Shown one piece after another: positions 49,687-59,399 of a stretch of DNA of 64,000 bases. The DNA is taken from positions 32,001 through 96,000 of the IMG/VR virus record IMGVR_UViG_3300046453_000081. One strand, 5' to 3'. The stretch is from a virus. The notes beneath the pieces were generated by a model. The model saw only the letters and a list, made by a program, of their open reading frames with translations, was not told the origin of the DNA and did no database searches. How positions within the stretch are numbered: the stretch's first letter is position 1; each line of letters begins with the position of its first letter. The position numbers and the translations under genes are program-made.

Positions 49687-50919
49687 TCATCCAACCTGAT
49701 TACTAATTTGTTCAAGATTAGACTTGAGTTTTTCTTCGCCTTTGTCTTTTCTGCCATTGACGAAATCTGTGAATGCCTTGTCCATTGCGTTAATCCTAAT
49801 AACTACATTTTCTTTTTTAGCGCTTCCACTCTGACATGCGTTGCTGTATTCACTATCTTTGCTGTAGTTCTTAACAAGGAAATCAACAAGGAAGTCTCCA
49901 AATAATGACTTGTCAACATCGTTTTCATCAGCTTTTATTGCTGTAATGATAATCATAGGGATATTAACCTTTTTGAAAATCTGTGACAACTCTGCCTTAC
50001 TTAATTCATTACATACGATAGAAAGATAATTATCAGCCTTAACGAATTTATTGAAAACATCTACACTAATCAATTCATTCTTTTCTTTCAATTCGTTTAC
50101 ATAGCTTTGAATTTGAACACTACCAATTCCTCTAAAAGTGTGTTCGTTGTCTAACAACATTGCGGTTTGTATGATTAATTCTTGGTCAGTGAATCTATTT
50201 TTAGCTGACTTTGACAGTAATACATAGTTTGTAAAGAATTCCATTTTTGAAATGTCTTCAATTTGAGAAATTAAATCACTGTACATGGCTCTAGTTTGTT
50301 CTATTTTTGATAGCGGTGTTCCACGATTTAATCTCACAAACATTTCATCACGTTCTTCATCCGTCATATCTACCATCTGATAAATGGTGAAGTTCGTTGA
50401 TAAAATTTCTTCTCGAAATTCTTCAGGCAGTTCTTTGAACAACTTACCGCCAATCGCTTCATTAAAGCATTTAGGTGTTGATTTATGCAATCTAAATTCG
50501 TTAAGTACAAAGTCAATTACACAGCTTAAACGTTGTTTACCATCAAGCATCCAAAGAATTCCATCACCTTTGTCTTGAGCATATGCAGGTGGGAATGGGA
50601 ATCCGTAAATTAAACTATGAATGAAAAGACTTTTTTGCTGACTTGACCAAACTGAATTCCTTTGAATACTTAGGTCAAAACGAATTTTTTCTTTTTGCTT
50701 TACGATTTTTCTGATATTTCTTGGAATATGGTTCTTCTCAAGTGAAGTTGTTCTGATGATTTTTGGTTTCGCTTCTTCTTTTTTGTCTGCTTTTCCTTGG
50801 CTATCTGTTGGAACATCTGCTTGACCTTGGCTATCTGCTTGGTTCTCGTCAAGATTTTGATTTTCATTCATTTTATTTTCTTCTTGTACTACTTCTGCTT
50901 TTTCTAATGTTTTTTCCAT
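49687..50919 (-). CDS. DUF262 (ParB/Srx-superfamily, GmrS-like) protein
   Basis: IQRNSVWS...FIHSLIYGFPFP...LDGKQRL...FVRLNRGTPL. Confidence 0.88.
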   Translation of the reverse strand: MEKTLEKAEVVQEENKMNENQNLDENQADSQGQADVPTDSQGKADKKEEAKPKIIRTTSLEKNHIPRNIRKIVKQKEKIRFDLSIQRNSVWSSQQKSLFIHSLIYGFPFPPAYAQDKGDGILWMLDGKQRLSCVIDFVLNEFRLHKSTPKCFNEAIGGKLFKELPEEFREEILSTNFTIYQMVDMTDEERDEMFVRLNRGTPLSKIEQTRAMYSDLISQIEDISKMEFFTNYVLLSKSAKNRFTDQELIIQTAMLLDNEHTFRGIGSVQIQSYVNELKEKNELISVDVFNKFVKADNYLSIVCNELSKAELSQIFKKVNIPMIIITAIKADENDVDKSLFGDFLVDFLVKNYSKDSEYSNACQSGSAKKENVVIRINAMDKAFTDFVNGRKDKGEEKLKSNLEQISNQVG

Positions 50920-51077
50920 GGCTATCTTCCCTTTCAGTTTAGGTTTTTAGTTTTGTTTTACTTCTTAATTCAATATTACCATATTCTTTATCCATTTTCA
51001 ATGGGTTTTATAATATTTTTATTATTTTTTATTTTATCATGGTGAAGGTTGAATAACAACCCTCACCATGATATTTG

Positions 51078-51425
51078 TTAGCCCCAAATCATGTTTCTTC
51101 TATCTTGAAAACGTTTTTGTATTCTAGAAATCATTTCTTCTGTCAAGCTAGTAGTATTACCTTCATCATCGTGACTTGCAAAGAATACATCACCAACAAC
51201 TACATCAATCACTTTATCATTGCGGACTAAGTTGAAATTTGGTTGAAGCCCATTCAGTTTTCCTTCTTCATTTAACCATAAATCAATTTCGTCATCAATC
51301 ATAAGCCTTTCAATATAGCCCCCAACTAACTCCTGACTTGTCTTATAATCATCACCCTTTGTAACAACCCTTGCTTCAAAATCCGATGCTTTTAATTGAA
51401 GAATTTTTATCATTTCCACTACCAA
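51078..51425 (-). CDS. DUF3846-like protein
   Basis: QELVGGYIE...NEEGKLNGLQPN...VVGD...SLT. Confidence 0.8.
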   Translation of the reverse strand: MVVEMIKILQLKASDFEARVVTKGDDYKTSQELVGGYIERLMIDDEIDLWLNEEGKLNGLQPNFNLVRNDKVIDVVVGDVFFASHDDEGNTTSLTEEMISRIQKRFQDRRNMIWG

Positions 51426-51608
51426 TCAATCCCTTTCTCTACTTATTTACTTCCTAATTCAATATTACCACAATCTCTAACCCATTTCAACTGGATTTTA
51501 TATTTTTTTATCCTTTTTTAAAATCTTTTTACTGATTATATTTTATACTTTTAACTATACTTCAATTATTGGCACAATGTCAATAATTAAAACAAATTAT
51601 TTTGAATA

Positions 51609-51926
51609 TTATGTAATATCTCTTATGATAGTATTAACATATTTGCGCCTATAATGATATTCGCAAAGCCCTCTAGAAAAAACCAACTTTCCACACTTAG
51701 GGCAGTAATCCCCTCTCAGCCTTGAATTATGCTCTTTTAAGTGCGTATTGCACATCCCCTTGGCTTTTACTACATTGTTGCAATCGCTGACCTTACAGAC
51801 TGAATTCTGCATCTGTTTACGGTATTGTTTAGCCCTGCATGATTCACATAGTGTTCTTTGTTTTATTTCTTTCCCGCAATCAATACATTTTTTTGTTTCT
51901 TCCATAATTAATACCCTTTCTTGCAA
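51609..51926 (-). CDS. Tandem Zn-finger protein
   Basis: CIDC/CESC, CKVSDC...GMCNTH, CPKC...GLCEYHY. Confidence 0.65.
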   Translation of the reverse strand: MQERVLIMEETKKCIDCGKEIKQRTLCESCRAKQYRKQMQNSVCKVSDCNNVVKAKGMCNTHLKEHNSRLRGDYCPKCGKLVFSRGLCEYHYRRKYVNTIIRDIT

Positions 51927-52076
51927 GATTTACTTCCTCAATAATTAATCCAATTCAAATGGGTTAATTATTCAAAAAGCAAGGTATTTAATATTAATAA
52001 TATAAATACCTTGTAAATTTCAGTCATAAAACTGAAAGGATTGATTGTATTAATATTGTACCACAACTCGACAATT

Positions 52077-52259
52077 TTATACAAGACTTTTAATCTTGGG
52101 AACAAGATAATTCTCCAATATTTCTTTTGAAAATTTGTGTGCCAGTTCCACTTCTCCATCTTTGAGCATATCACCCTCTTTCAACATGAATAGGACAAAC
52201 TCAACATACCTCATTGAAAACATGACATCTTTGACTTCCATAAACTTCTCCTTTAACAT
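52077..52259 (-). CDS. Hypothetical protein
   Basis: ORF track. Confidence 0.5.
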   Translation of the reverse strand: MLKEKFMEVKDVMFSMRYVEFVLFMLKEGDMLKDGEVELAHKFSKEILENYLVPKIKSLV

Positions 52260-52501
52260 TTGATGTCAATCTCTACACTTAAACTATCTATGTCTTTAAT
52301 TTCATAGGGGACACTAGGAACAAACTTATCTAACTTTTCAGAAATCTCCTTGTATATATTCTCACTCTTATAGAATGTGCAATAACCCTTATAGTATAGT
52401 TTGTCAAAGATGTTAAAATAGAAACTGCCATATTCTTGTGTTTCAAAGAGTTTGCTCCACTCTGCGGATTGTTCTTTTGTGTATTCAGGATATTTTTTCA
52501 A
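52253..52501 (-). CDS. Hypothetical protein
   Basis: ORF track. Confidence 0.55.
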   Translation of the reverse strand: MKKYPEYTKEQSAEWSKLFETQEYGSFYFNIFDKLYYKGYCTFYKSENIYKEISEKLDKFVPSVPYEIKDIDSLSVEIDIKC

Positions 52502-52536
52502 TCAATAAACCCCCATTTTAATTTAAAGTAGTATTT

Positions 52537-52872
52537 TTAGTTGCCACTCAACCACGCTACACTAACTATAAAATCCTTATCATTTTCTATAATTCCATAA
52601 TCATATTTATCATAATAACTGTCAGAACCAATTGTTAATTTTAAAAAATGTTCTATTGTCTTTTCTGACACTCCGTATAATTCAATAGCAATATCAATTG
52701 CCCATGGAATTGTAGACTCATACCCACCCTCCACTACTTCTTCAGGTAAATACTCAATACCATTGTTCCCATTCATGTCTTCATCAAATTCAAAATTAAA
52801 AACTACATCCTCTCTAAAATTCTCCTTTGTAAGTGTTGTAAATGCATGTCCTAAATTATAACTTCTACTCAT
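52537..52872 (-). CDS. Acidic hypothetical protein
   Basis: GGAGG RBS. Confidence 0.65.
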   Translation of the reverse strand: MSRSYNLGHAFTTLTKENFREDVVFNFEFDEDMNGNNGIEYLPEEVVEGGYESTIPWAIDIAIELYGVSEKTIEHFLKLTIGSDSYYDKYDYGIIENDKDFIVSVAWLSGN

Positions 52873-52923
52873 AACGAATCCCTCCGATTAAATAATTTAT
52901 TCATCAATTTTCATTTTATTTAA

Positions 52924-53349
52924 TTATTGTAAACCTAACGCTTCTCTTATTTCTTTCTGTTTCTGCTTTTTACCTCTCATATAACCTTCATCACGCTCTC
53001 TAGCAATAACATGTCCAATATCTACAATAAATTCAATAACACCAAATCTTTGAATGACTAATCCATATAGATACTCATACAATTCGGTTGAATCACCTTT
53101 TTCTAGCAACCCATCTATATGGTCTAAAACTTGTACATCAGTGATGTTGTATTCCTTTCCAAATCTACTATTAAACCTATATAGCTTCCTAGCATTAAGA
53201 TACCCGCCCCGCCTAATAGCCAATTCATCACAGACTGTTTTCACATAACTTCCACTTGTATTATCTTCTTCGCCAATCCATTTTTCCATCATTGTTTCAC
53301 CCCAATTGGAATAGTTATTTAATTCTTTCCCATAACACCATGCAACCAT
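52924..53349 (-). CDS. Hypothetical protein
   Basis: ORF track; probable start MMEKWI. Confidence 0.6.
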   Translation of the reverse strand: MVAWCYGKELNNYSNWGETMMEKWIGEEDNTSGSYVKTVCDELAIRRGGYLNARKLYRFNSRFGKEYNITDVQVLDHIDGLLEKGDSTELYEYLYGLVIQRFGVIEFIVDIGHVIARERDEGYMRGKKQKQKEIREALGLQ

Positions 53350-54135
53350 ATATTCCTTCTAGTTCACCAATAATCCTATCTATTTCATTACCACTTAGTT
53401 TTGATTTTGATTTTACAGCTTTTAAAATTTCACCATCATATTCATCTGTAAAATGATATTCAAACATATTGCCACCTCATTTAATATTATCATTTCATTC
53501 AACTTTCCAAGGCTCATAACATAAATCGTATTGTGGATATTTTTCAATTAATTTAATTGCTTTTTCTTCACTATCCACAATCATAAATAATGTTTTGTCA
53601 TTGTCATCATAATAGTTTTCTAATTGATAAAAAACACAATAAACCATGTTTTACCCCCCCTCATTATATATGCCTTACTATATCGTTTACATAATGAAAT
53701 GCTTCGCTGTCACTCATACCGTATGTCTCCATCAAGTATTGAACAGATGAATATTTGCCCATTCTAGACCCATCAATACAGTATATCAATACAATATGAC
53801 CACCCATTTTTTCATAAGTCCAAAAATCTTTTTCACTGTTAGGCTTCATTTTTTATCTGCCCCCCTATTGTCATATATATGAGATACATACATGGGGGCA
53901 TTGATTATCTGCTTCATTTTCTCCATATGCTTTTCAGCCTGTTCTCTTGTGTCCCACCTTCTATTGTCTACAGACATTGGCATTGCATTTTCTTGAAACG
54001 TCATTACTTTAAAGTATTCTTTCAATTGAATCAACCCTTTCCTTATCTATATACCAATTGTAACACATCTATAATCCATTTTCAATGGGTTTTAAAAACT
54101 TTTTTATGTATTGAAAGGGAAGCTAATCCCCTTCC

Positions 54136-54336
54136 TTAATCATATGTCATAGCAAGTAGTAGCCTAAAAGTATACCAAGCTACAGCAACAAACTCAACAA
54201 ACACAATCAGCGGATTGTACAATGTTCCTAGCGTCATAAACATGATAAGTACAGCTATCAATAATTTAATAACAATTCTAGAAATTTTTTTATTATACTC
54301 CTGTGTTGACTTATCCAAAATAAAACCTCTTTCCAT
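54136..54336 (-). CDS. Small two-TM membrane protein
   Basis: Hydrophobic segments. Confidence 0.55.
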   Translation of the reverse strand: MERGFILDKSTQEYNKKISRIVIKLLIAVLIMFMTLGTLYNPLIVFVEFVAVAWYTFRLLLAMTYD

Positions 54337-54368
54337 GTTGTCGTATTTACTAATAATGTAAGGACAAA

Positions 54369-54716
54369 TTAACAGACGCTTATCTTCCTATTAAAAGGTT
54401 TAATGTTTACTAGCCATTGATTCACGCTTTTCATGTTCTGCCCTGTGATATACCAATCGTCTACTGTCCCATGAAGACTTAAGACTCCAACATGATTCAC
54501 CAATGTTGATAAGAGATATCTAGAAACAAATTGCCCCAAGATGGTGAATCCCTTTACAAATCTTGTATCATAAAATTCAATTAACGGTTCATCCTCTTTG
54601 TGTTTAATGTTCATGTTAGCACCATAAAAATCCCCCTTTCTAATTAATCTAACATGAAATGGAATTCCTCTATCGTTTACTACTTGAATCACCTTAATAT
54701 TCGCCATCACAATCAA
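54369..54716 (-). CDS. Conserved hypothetical (IEFYD.R...GQFVSRY)
   Basis: Recurrent mobile-element motif. Confidence 0.7.
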   Translation of the reverse strand: MIVMANIKVIQVVNDRGIPFHVRLIRKGDFYGANMNIKHKEDEPLIEFYDTRFVKGFTILGQFVSRYLLSTLVNHVGVLSLHGTVDDWYITGQNMKSVNQWLVNIKPFNRKISVC

Positions 54717-54729
54717 CCCTCTCTGTTTT

Positions 54730-55095
54730 TTAAGATATTTTTTCTAATTCGTAAATGCCTTCTAAAACTGTCTCAATCGCTTCATCTAATGAAGAACATT
54801 CCTCACTATCCCATGTTTCACAGCCCTTATTCGTGTCAATCTCTACTACTGCACTACACACCTTTTTTGAATCAATAGTTCTAAATAGCCCTCTAACATC
54901 TTTATAGATACTTAACCCTAAGTGTTCAGCTATATCCAACTTTTCAATATTATCCATTTCTACTATTACAATGTCATCATTCTTCAGAATCCTAAATACG
55001 TGAAAATCCCAAACATCTTCCTGAATAAAGACTTTACTGTAACCGCACTGTGAATAAAAATCATTTTCTACTTCATACACCTTTAAAAATTCCAT
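54730..55095 (-). CDS. Hypothetical protein
   Basis: Follows operator-promoter 55153. Confidence 0.65.
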   Translation of the reverse strand: MEFLKVYEVENDFYSQCGYSKVFIQEDVWDFHVFRILKNDDIVIVEMDNIEKLDIAEHLGLSIYKDVRGLFRTIDSKKVCSAVVEIDTNKGCETWDSEECSSLDEAIETVLEGIYELEKIS

Positions 55096-55419
55096 TTTAC
55101 CACCCTTTCATTGTTCGAAATCGTTACTACCTCTTAATAGTAACATATACACAACCCAATTTCAATGGGTTTCGAGAATAAGTGTTTAATTTTATTTAGT
55201 TTTGTCCCATGTAAAATTACATATATCTACTAGCTTTTCATTAATCAATTCTGCAAGAGAGTGGATATTTTGGTAATCACCTATATCAACTCCCCTAATA
55301 CCATTAGTTTCATCTTTAATTTCCTGTAAAATCACCTTCAATTCACGATTTATCCTATTAATTTCTGATGTAAGTTTATCTTTATTCATTATATCTCCCT
55401 TCTAGATGAAGCAGTGATT

Positions 55420-56097
55420 CTACTTATATTCATTTAAGACTTTAACACTTTCCCATTTATTAATAAAGTTGCAAAGGTCACTACCATTTACACATTTCTG
55501 TAAATCTTCTAGCATCTGTTTTTTGTAATTTTCAACATGTCTAATCACTTCATAATAACCATTAACAATATAGATAGTTTTATCGTCTTTCCCCACATTC
55601 ACATAATGTTTAATGGTTGTTTCTAATTCGCCATTATCACTTTCTTTAATGTATTCATATCCCAAATTCTCAAGGTATTCCAAAGGCACATAAATTGTTG
55701 CCCTATTTTCGCCCCATTGTTTCCCTTTGCTAACAAAGAATACACCATATTTATCCATATTATATAATGACAACTCTAAGTTGTCACTGTTCACTCTTTT
55801 AATCTTATCATGCTTAGTAAACCTAAGTGTTTTATAATCTGAATTCCAAACCCCTTTTGTCAACCAACCACTTTTCTCAACAAATAATTGTTTACCATCC
55901 TTGTAAAACACAAAGCTGTCTGCTTCATACGAGGAATTTCCAAAACAAAATTTCATTGATTTTGTAATTCCTGTAGCACACATAACAAATCCAGTTCCTA
56001 CACTAGTAAATTCTAATACAAAACCATTGTCAATGGGATTTACACTTTCAACAATTTCTTTTACGACTTCTTTTTTCAAAAGAATCATTCCTTTCAT
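55420..56097 (-). CDS. Hypothetical protein
   Basis: Follows hairpin promoter 56117. Confidence 0.65.
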   Translation of the reverse strand: MKGMILLKKEVVKEIVESVNPIDNGFVLEFTSVGTGFVMCATGITKSMKFCFGNSSYEADSFVFYKDGKQLFVEKSGWLTKGVWNSDYKTLRFTKHDKIKRVNSDNLELSLYNMDKYGVFFVSKGKQWGENRATIYVPLEYLENLGYEYIKESDNGELETTIKHYVNVGKDDKTIYIVNGYYEVIRHVENYKKQMLEDLQKCVNGSDLCNFINKWESVKVLNEYK

Positions 56098-56403
56098 ATT
56101 TGCGTATTACCCTTATAACCCAATTATAATGGATTACAAGGATAAAGTCAAACATTATTTAATATACTTTATCATTAGGATATTCCTCATTATATACTTT
56201 CTTCAATCCTTTTTTGAATATGTGTACAAAATTATCGCCCGCATACTCCACTGGAATACCGTAATCAGTCAGCATTCTAGCAAATAAACACCTTTCCATT
56301 GCCCCAAGATTAATAGTAATCTGTGAAGGTATTTCACGTTCATTTACTTTAAATCTCTCCATATTCAGCCCTCCAAAGGGGTTAAAATCAACATTATATC
56401 CAA

Positions 56404-56622
56404 TTAAAGATTATTCACCATTACAGTATTATTATACTCTCTCTTTTTCTTTTTATCACTTTTCATAGATGTCCATACGAGTTCGCTTGCCTTATCCGAA
56501 ATATATTGCCTTAATTCCCAACCATCCCATTCTTCAGGCATTGAATCAACTTTTTCTAGAATCCTTTCTTCTAATGACTCTAAGGCTTCTTTCACAAATC
56601 TAATTCTTGCTTCTTTATCCAT
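56404..56622 (-). CDS. Hypothetical protein (PEEWDGWELRQ)
   Basis: GGAGG RBS. Confidence 0.65.
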   Translation of the reverse strand: MDKEARIRFVKEALESLEERILEKVDSMPEEWDGWELRQYISDKASELVWTSMKSDKKKKREYNNTVMVNNL

Positions 56623-56662
56623 TGTGGCTTTCCTCCCTATTATAAAATTAGAAATTTATTTT

Positions 56663-56869
56663 TTATAATTTTTCAGCCAACATGTCCGCAACTTCATTTC
56701 TTGATTTTCCAACTATTTTTTCTTTGCCAACTGCAACCCATTTTGAACCTTCTTTTTTAACCAATCCAAGCGAGGTATAACGATATGTCTTTGTAATTGT
56801 ATTGTAATCACTTAACAAAAGAACCTCATAGCAACTACTTCCATTTCCCCATTTTTTAAATTCATACAT
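56663..56869 (-). CDS. Hypothetical protein
   Basis: Follows hairpin promoter near 56912. Confidence 0.6.
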   Translation of the reverse strand: MYEFKKWGNGSSCYEVLLLSDYNTITKTYRYTSLGLVKKEGSKWVAVGKEKIVGKSRNEVADMLAEKL

Positions 56870-56972
56870 TAATAACTGCCCCCTTTAATATAAATACCAT
56901 TTTATGTAAGCATTATATCCCACAATATAATTATAACAGATTGTGAGATATAATACAGATTTAATCCAACCA

Positions 56973-57254
56973 TTACTTAGTAATGTAACAATAATCTACT
57001 TCCCACCTTTTACCCTCAGTGGGTAGTAAACTCATATATCTATCAAGCCTTACCCCATTGTCCTTGTCATCTAGACAATCACCGAATAAGGAAGTGCCAA
57101 TCATCATAGGGTTAAAGTATTTACAATCACGGGACACTTTATAGCTTCTTTCCGTTTCCGAGTAGTTCTTACTGTAACTGTCCTCGGTAAATACAATAAC
57201 TGCTTCTTTCCAAGATTTCTGATTTTCAAGTTCGCTAAGTGTGAGTTTTTTCAT
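56973..57254 (-). CDS. Conserved hypothetical (GTSLFGDCLD..D.GVRLD)
   Basis: Recurrent motif; follows hairpin promoter 57281. Confidence 0.7.
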   Translation of the reverse strand: MKKLTLSELENQKSWKEAVIVFTEDSYSKNYSETERSYKVSRDCKYFNPMMIGTSLFGDCLDDKDNGVRLDRYMSLLPTEGKRWEVDYCYITK

Positions 57255-57280
57255 TCCTCAAATCACCCTTTCTTATTTCC

Positions 57281-57323
57281 TACCTCTATAATCCAATTAT
57301 ACTGGATTATAGAGGTAAAGTCA
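57281..57323 (-). promoter_or_regulatory. sigmaA promoter with -10 in the loop of a perfect 15-bp inverted repeat
   Basis: TACCTCTATAATCCA-attatac-TGGATTATAGAGGTA; minus strand TTGACT-17-TATAAT. Confidence 0.8.
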
Positions 57324-57374
57324 AACATTATTTTCTAGTTCTAATATTCATAAATATATCGTCATTCCTTCCTA

Positions 57375-57602
57375 TTAAACGTAATCCAATGGTGTATATA
57401 AGCCCTGACTAGCCTTTAAATATTCTTCCTTAGTAATCTTATTACAACCATTCATATATTCCCTTGAACCTTCTTGATGTTGCCCAATAGGACAATACAT
57501 TGTTACTTTTTCATGGGCAGGTAAATCGTCAATTGCAACATAAACATCATAAGGTGAAGTTTTATCTCCATCAACATCTACAAAATATCCAAGAACCTTC
57601 AT
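57375..57602 (-). CDS. Hypothetical protein (Y.PIGQH)
   Basis: Follows hairpin promoter 57631. Confidence 0.65.
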   Translation of the reverse strand: MKVLGYFVDVDGDKTSPYDVYVAIDDLPAHEKVTMYCPIGQHQEGSREYMNGCNKITKEEYLKASQGLYTPLDYV

Positions 57603-57694
57603 TCAAATCAATCCTTTCAATTTTTATGTATTCACCCTTACAATCCAATTGTACTGGACTGTAAGGGTGAAAGCAAGCCCTAAATTGCGCTTGC

Positions 57695-58639
57695 CTATAT
57701 TTTATGAACCAATGTTCTATAATGGAACACCTGTATGTTGAAGCCCCCTGCACCAATTGTCTCTATCTTTGCCTTGCCTTTCTCTCCCTCAATGATACCA
57801 TCTAAATTTCCTTTTTCACTAATTCTCAATCGACTTGCATCTGTAATTGTTCCTACAACTTCATTGATTCTGAATATCAAGTCTAACATTTTCGCTTTTT
57901 TATCTTTTTCTAGTGTTTTTTCTAAAAAGGCAAGTCTTTCTGTTTCATCATAGTATCGACACATTTCAACTACTACCCATCCTGCCATTGCTAAGAATCC
58001 TTTTTTTCTCTTCTCTATGTCTGTCCAATGAAGTTCACATTCTTTTAAGTGAAGTTGTAATTCTTTACTGTGATAACTGTCTTGCAATCTAAAATCATAA
58101 TCAATGTTACCATTTTCATCTACATGCTCTGCATATTCAGGGGCAGTCTTTATATATTCGAGAATGGTTTTTTCCTTATCGTCTTTTAATTCTTTTGACA
58201 ATTTACGATAAGCATCATATTTATCAACATACCAATAAAAACATTTCTCTTTCCACTCTTCTAAAAAATCCTTTATTACTTGAGGTATATTGTTTTGGAT
58301 ATAGTTTTCTTTCTCTAATTCAGCATGTAATTTTTCTCTCCAATTTTCCAATACTATCTCTGCATCCTTTAATTTTCTTGTTGCCCCTTTAATATCGTCT
58401 AGTTTGCCTATTACTTCATATATAGTCCACGAATGTTCTGTGTTTCTATAAGGTTCACGTAATTCATCAATTTCATTTTTATTTTTTCCTGTTAAGTCTA
58501 AATCAACTGCCTTAATTACTGCCTGTATCTTTTTCTCTAATTGTTTCTCATGTCTTTCAATTGTTTTTTGGCATTTCTCAACTTTTTCCTTTGCCTTAGA
58601 GACTCTTACTTCTAAATCCTTTACGTCCACTCTTATCAA
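57695..58639 (-). CDS. Coiled-coil protein with C-terminal TIGAGG.NIQ.FHYR motif
   Basis: ORF track; conserved-looking C-terminal motif. Confidence 0.75.
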   Translation of the reverse strand: MIRVDVKDLEVRVSKAKEKVEKCQKTIERHEKQLEKKIQAVIKAVDLDLTGKNKNEIDELREPYRNTEHSWTIYEVIGKLDDIKGATRKLKDAEIVLENWREKLHAELEKENYIQNNIPQVIKDFLEEWKEKCFYWYVDKYDAYRKLSKELKDDKEKTILEYIKTAPEYAEHVDENGNIDYDFRLQDSYHSKELQLHLKECELHWTDIEKRKKGFLAMAGWVVVEMCRYYDETERLAFLEKTLEKDKKAKMLDLIFRINEVVGTITDASRLRISEKGNLDGIIEGEKGKAKIETIGAGGFNIQVFHYRTLVHKI

Positions 58640-58705
58640 CCCTTTCTTTTAATATGTAACACCTCCACAACCCAATTTTACTGGATTATGAAGGTAAATG
58701 CAAAA

Positions 58706-59263
58706 CTATTTGAAATTATTAATAAGCCAATTTTCGACAACCTTGTAATCATCAATAGTATTATTTTGATGGTCAATTGCATCAAATACTTCCTTCACCT
58801 CTTCAAAAGGAATATCTTTTAAATGATGTTCATCCCATAATTTATGGATAGCATCGTATAGTTCTTTGTTAATATAAATACTCATTTCATCCCTTGTATC
58901 TTGCTGTCCGCAACCTGAAGCTAAGAAATAAATGTCATCTGTCACTCCATCAATTCTAAACGATTCAGGATATAAAGAATTGTCCCAATATTCCTCAATG
59001 TCATTGTAGGTATCTAGATAAAGTCTTTCTGCTAATTCACTTGGTTTACAATCATAATTCTCAAGTTTGTCCAATACCCAATCTTTATCCGTCTGCTCAA
59101 TTAAGTCTTCAATTCTTTCCATCGTTAATTCTTTTGTAATCTCCATTGGATATGAAGTATCAAAGCTTGCGGTAAACTGTCCATTACGATATTCGACCTC
59201 TCCAAATATTACTTCCTTGTTTTTAGTGAAGCCTAATAATAATTTTTGTCTCACTACAATCAA
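58706..59263 (-). CDS. Hypothetical acidic protein (GCGQ...LWDEHHL)
   Basis: Follows hairpin promoter 59291. Confidence 0.7.
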   Translation of the reverse strand: MIVVRQKLLLGFTKNKEVIFGEVEYRNGQFTASFDTSYPMEITKELTMERIEDLIEQTDKDWVLDKLENYDCKPSELAERLYLDTYNDIEEYWDNSLYPESFRIDGVTDDIYFLASGCGQQDTRDEMSIYINKELYDAIHKLWDEHHLKDIPFEEVKEVFDAIDHQNNTIDDYKVVENWLINNFK

Positions 59264-59399
59264 TCCCTTTCTATTTGTATTAACCTCTGCAATCCAATTA
59301 TAATGGATTACACAGGTAAATGCAAATACTTTTATTAAACATTTATCCTACTTCCTTCTATTATATATGTATTACACAGGGGCAGATAGCCCCTGCTTT

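Noticed and set aside
56021-56039. Intragenic operator-like AAACCA-ttgtcaa-TGGGAT as a functional promoter
   Set aside because: Two mismatches, inside a CDS, poor -10; noted only as degenerate.
30396-57756. Minus-strand ORFs 30396..30596, 51968..52174 and 57571..57756
   Set aside because: Alternate-frame overlaps of better genes, or spanning a promoter.
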